A stretch of 64,000 nt of DNA. It comes from a virus. The DNA lies in IMG/VR virus record IMGVR_UViG_3300045988_109366, positions 64,001-128,000 of that record; one strand, written 5' to 3'. Numbering within the stretch: position 1 is the first letter of the stretch; each line of letters begins with the position of its first letter. Under the pieces are notes generated by a model. It ran no database searches and was not told the origin of the DNA. It saw only the letters and a list, made by a program, of their open reading frames with translations. A program made the translations under genes and the position numbers. Below, piece after piece: positions 62,955 to 64,000 of this stretch.

Positions 62955-64000
62955 ATGGGATTTTTAGTAGGATATGACACGGTGGCGTCCTATGTCACGT
63001 TTATAGTGAATGAGGATAGATTCCCTTGTTTTGATGGTAAGGGTGCTGATTATATACCCGATCCGATAATATCACTGAATGCTTTTAATCGCAATCTTAG
63101 GTTCTCGACATCTAACCCGGGATTTGTGGACGTTGATTGGGGGGACGGGACAAAGGATCAATATCCTTTAGTTAAGATATCTGATGGTAGTTATAGGATT
63201 GTATTCAGGTCTCTTGACATTGAGTATAAGAAGAATCCGGATGATACCGTATGGTGGTTTAAGAAAGAGGATGGCTCACAATACATACCGGTTCCTCCAC
63301 ATAAGTATAGCGATATCAGGCGTAGAGAGGTTACGATGAGATTCTCTAACGTAATTGATGGGGAATTTAATATGGATGGTATTGTCCTTCATGAGTTCCC
63401 TATAGCTAATCTTCCTGATATAACTTATTTGGCTATGGTTAGATCCGTTTTAAAAAATGGCGATATCCCATATGAAAGGATAAGCAAGAGCGTTAATCTT
63501 CATAATATACAGATGGGATCTTTTTCTCATTCTGGTGTATGGAGTAATTGGCCAGAAGGTTTTTTAAACATGAAAGATCTGAGGTATTTCGGATGCAATA
63601 ACATTTTTAACTTTGGGGATGATCCTGATTCTAATTGGAGAAGGTTCTCTGAATGGAAGAATCTTACTGGTTTTAACTTCAACTGGTGTAACATCCCTTC
63701 TTATGATCCGGCTTTTAATTCTATTCCAGCAAAAGGTATAAGCATTATAAGCGATCGGAATAATATACCTGTATTTGATGAGGTGGATAAGGTAGGGGAT
63801 GATAAGGAAAGCGTTGCTTTTATGGCTCACGGTAGTTCATGGGAGCAGGATTTAGTAGGAGGGAAGTTAAATAAGATCCATAATATGTATTGTTCTTCAA
63901 GTACGGCGCCGGTAGACGATCTTCCGGATTACTTGTATGAGATAAGGGAATTTAGGATATGGACTTTGCGTGATGAAGGTAGATTTATAAATACGCAGGA
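62955..64000 (+). CDS. hypothetical protein, LRR-like (N-terminal part; ORF runs off right edge)
   Basis: Manual translation from ATG 62955 (MGFLVGYDTVASYVTFIVNEDRF...) has no stop to 64000; not in the ORF track; weak leucine-rich-repeat-like periodicity. Confidence 0.5.
   Translation, partial: MGFLVGYDTVASYVTFIVNEDRFPCFDGKGADYIPDPIISLNAFNRNLRFSTSNPGFVDVDWGDGTKDQYPLVKISDGSYRIVFRSLDIEYKKNPDDTVWWFKKEDGSQYIPVPPHKYSDIRRREVTMRFSNVIDGEFNMDGIVLHEFPIANLPDITYLAMVRSVLKNGDIPYERISKSVNLHNIQMGSFSHSGVWSNWPEGFLNMKDLRYFGCNNIFNFGDDPDSNWRRFSEWKNLTGFNFNWCNIPSYDPAFNSIPAKGISIISDRNNIPVFDEVDKVGDDKESVAFMAHGSSWEQDLVGGKLNKIHNMYCSSSTAPVDDLPDYLYEIREFRIWTLRDEGRFINTQ

Noticed and set aside
40527-64000. Stop-codon recoding of late genes, as seen in some gut phages
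   Set aside because: All large late ORFs (terL, portal, capsid and fibre candidates) are uninterrupted in the standard code. Neither tRNA has a suppressor anticodon (CCT and CAT).

Overview
This window is a 64-kb segment of a tailed dsDNA phage genome. It has about 110 short, tightly packed ORFs and no cellular housekeeping genes. The host is most plausibly a Bacteroidota: TAnnTTTG-type -7 promoter boxes sit upstream of operons, there is a DUF4494-like gene, and Shine-Dalgarno use is low. Two divergent arms are separated by a GC-rich non-coding junction of about 0.95 kb (39583-40526). The left arm (1-39582, minus strand) carries replication, recombination and nucleotide-metabolism genes: a DnaB-like helicase, a Zn-finger/Toprim primase, a PD-(D/E)XK nuclease, SSB, a beta-clamp-like protein, a RuvC-like resolvase, RecA, a Pif1/RecD-like helicase and dUTPase. 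It also carries a papain-like peptidase/lipoprotein cassette, a lytic transglycosylase, 2 tRNAs plus a tRNA-like relic, and many small hypothetical genes. The right arm (40527-64000, plus strand) carries morphogenesis genes: large terminase, portal candidate, scaffold-like protein, capsid candidate and large repeat-containing tail/fibre-like proteins. The most unusual content is as follows. (i) There are three unrelated tnpB loci: one intact with TIR-like ends, one intact between terL and the portal gene, and one 3' relic. A 335-bp tnpB-less derivative has 25-bp TIRs and an 8-bp target duplication and splits a small gene. (ii) The TerL P-loop contains an intein that lacks an N-terminal nucleophile. 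(iii) At least 8 GC-rich palindromic elements share conserved inverted termini; most are intergenic, and some may be embedded in ORFs. (iv) An iteron-like repeat array lies next to a perfect palindrome. (v) Long structured non-coding regions are bracketed by promoter-like and terminator-like signals. All functional calls come from motif recognition by eye, and no database search or folding program was available.
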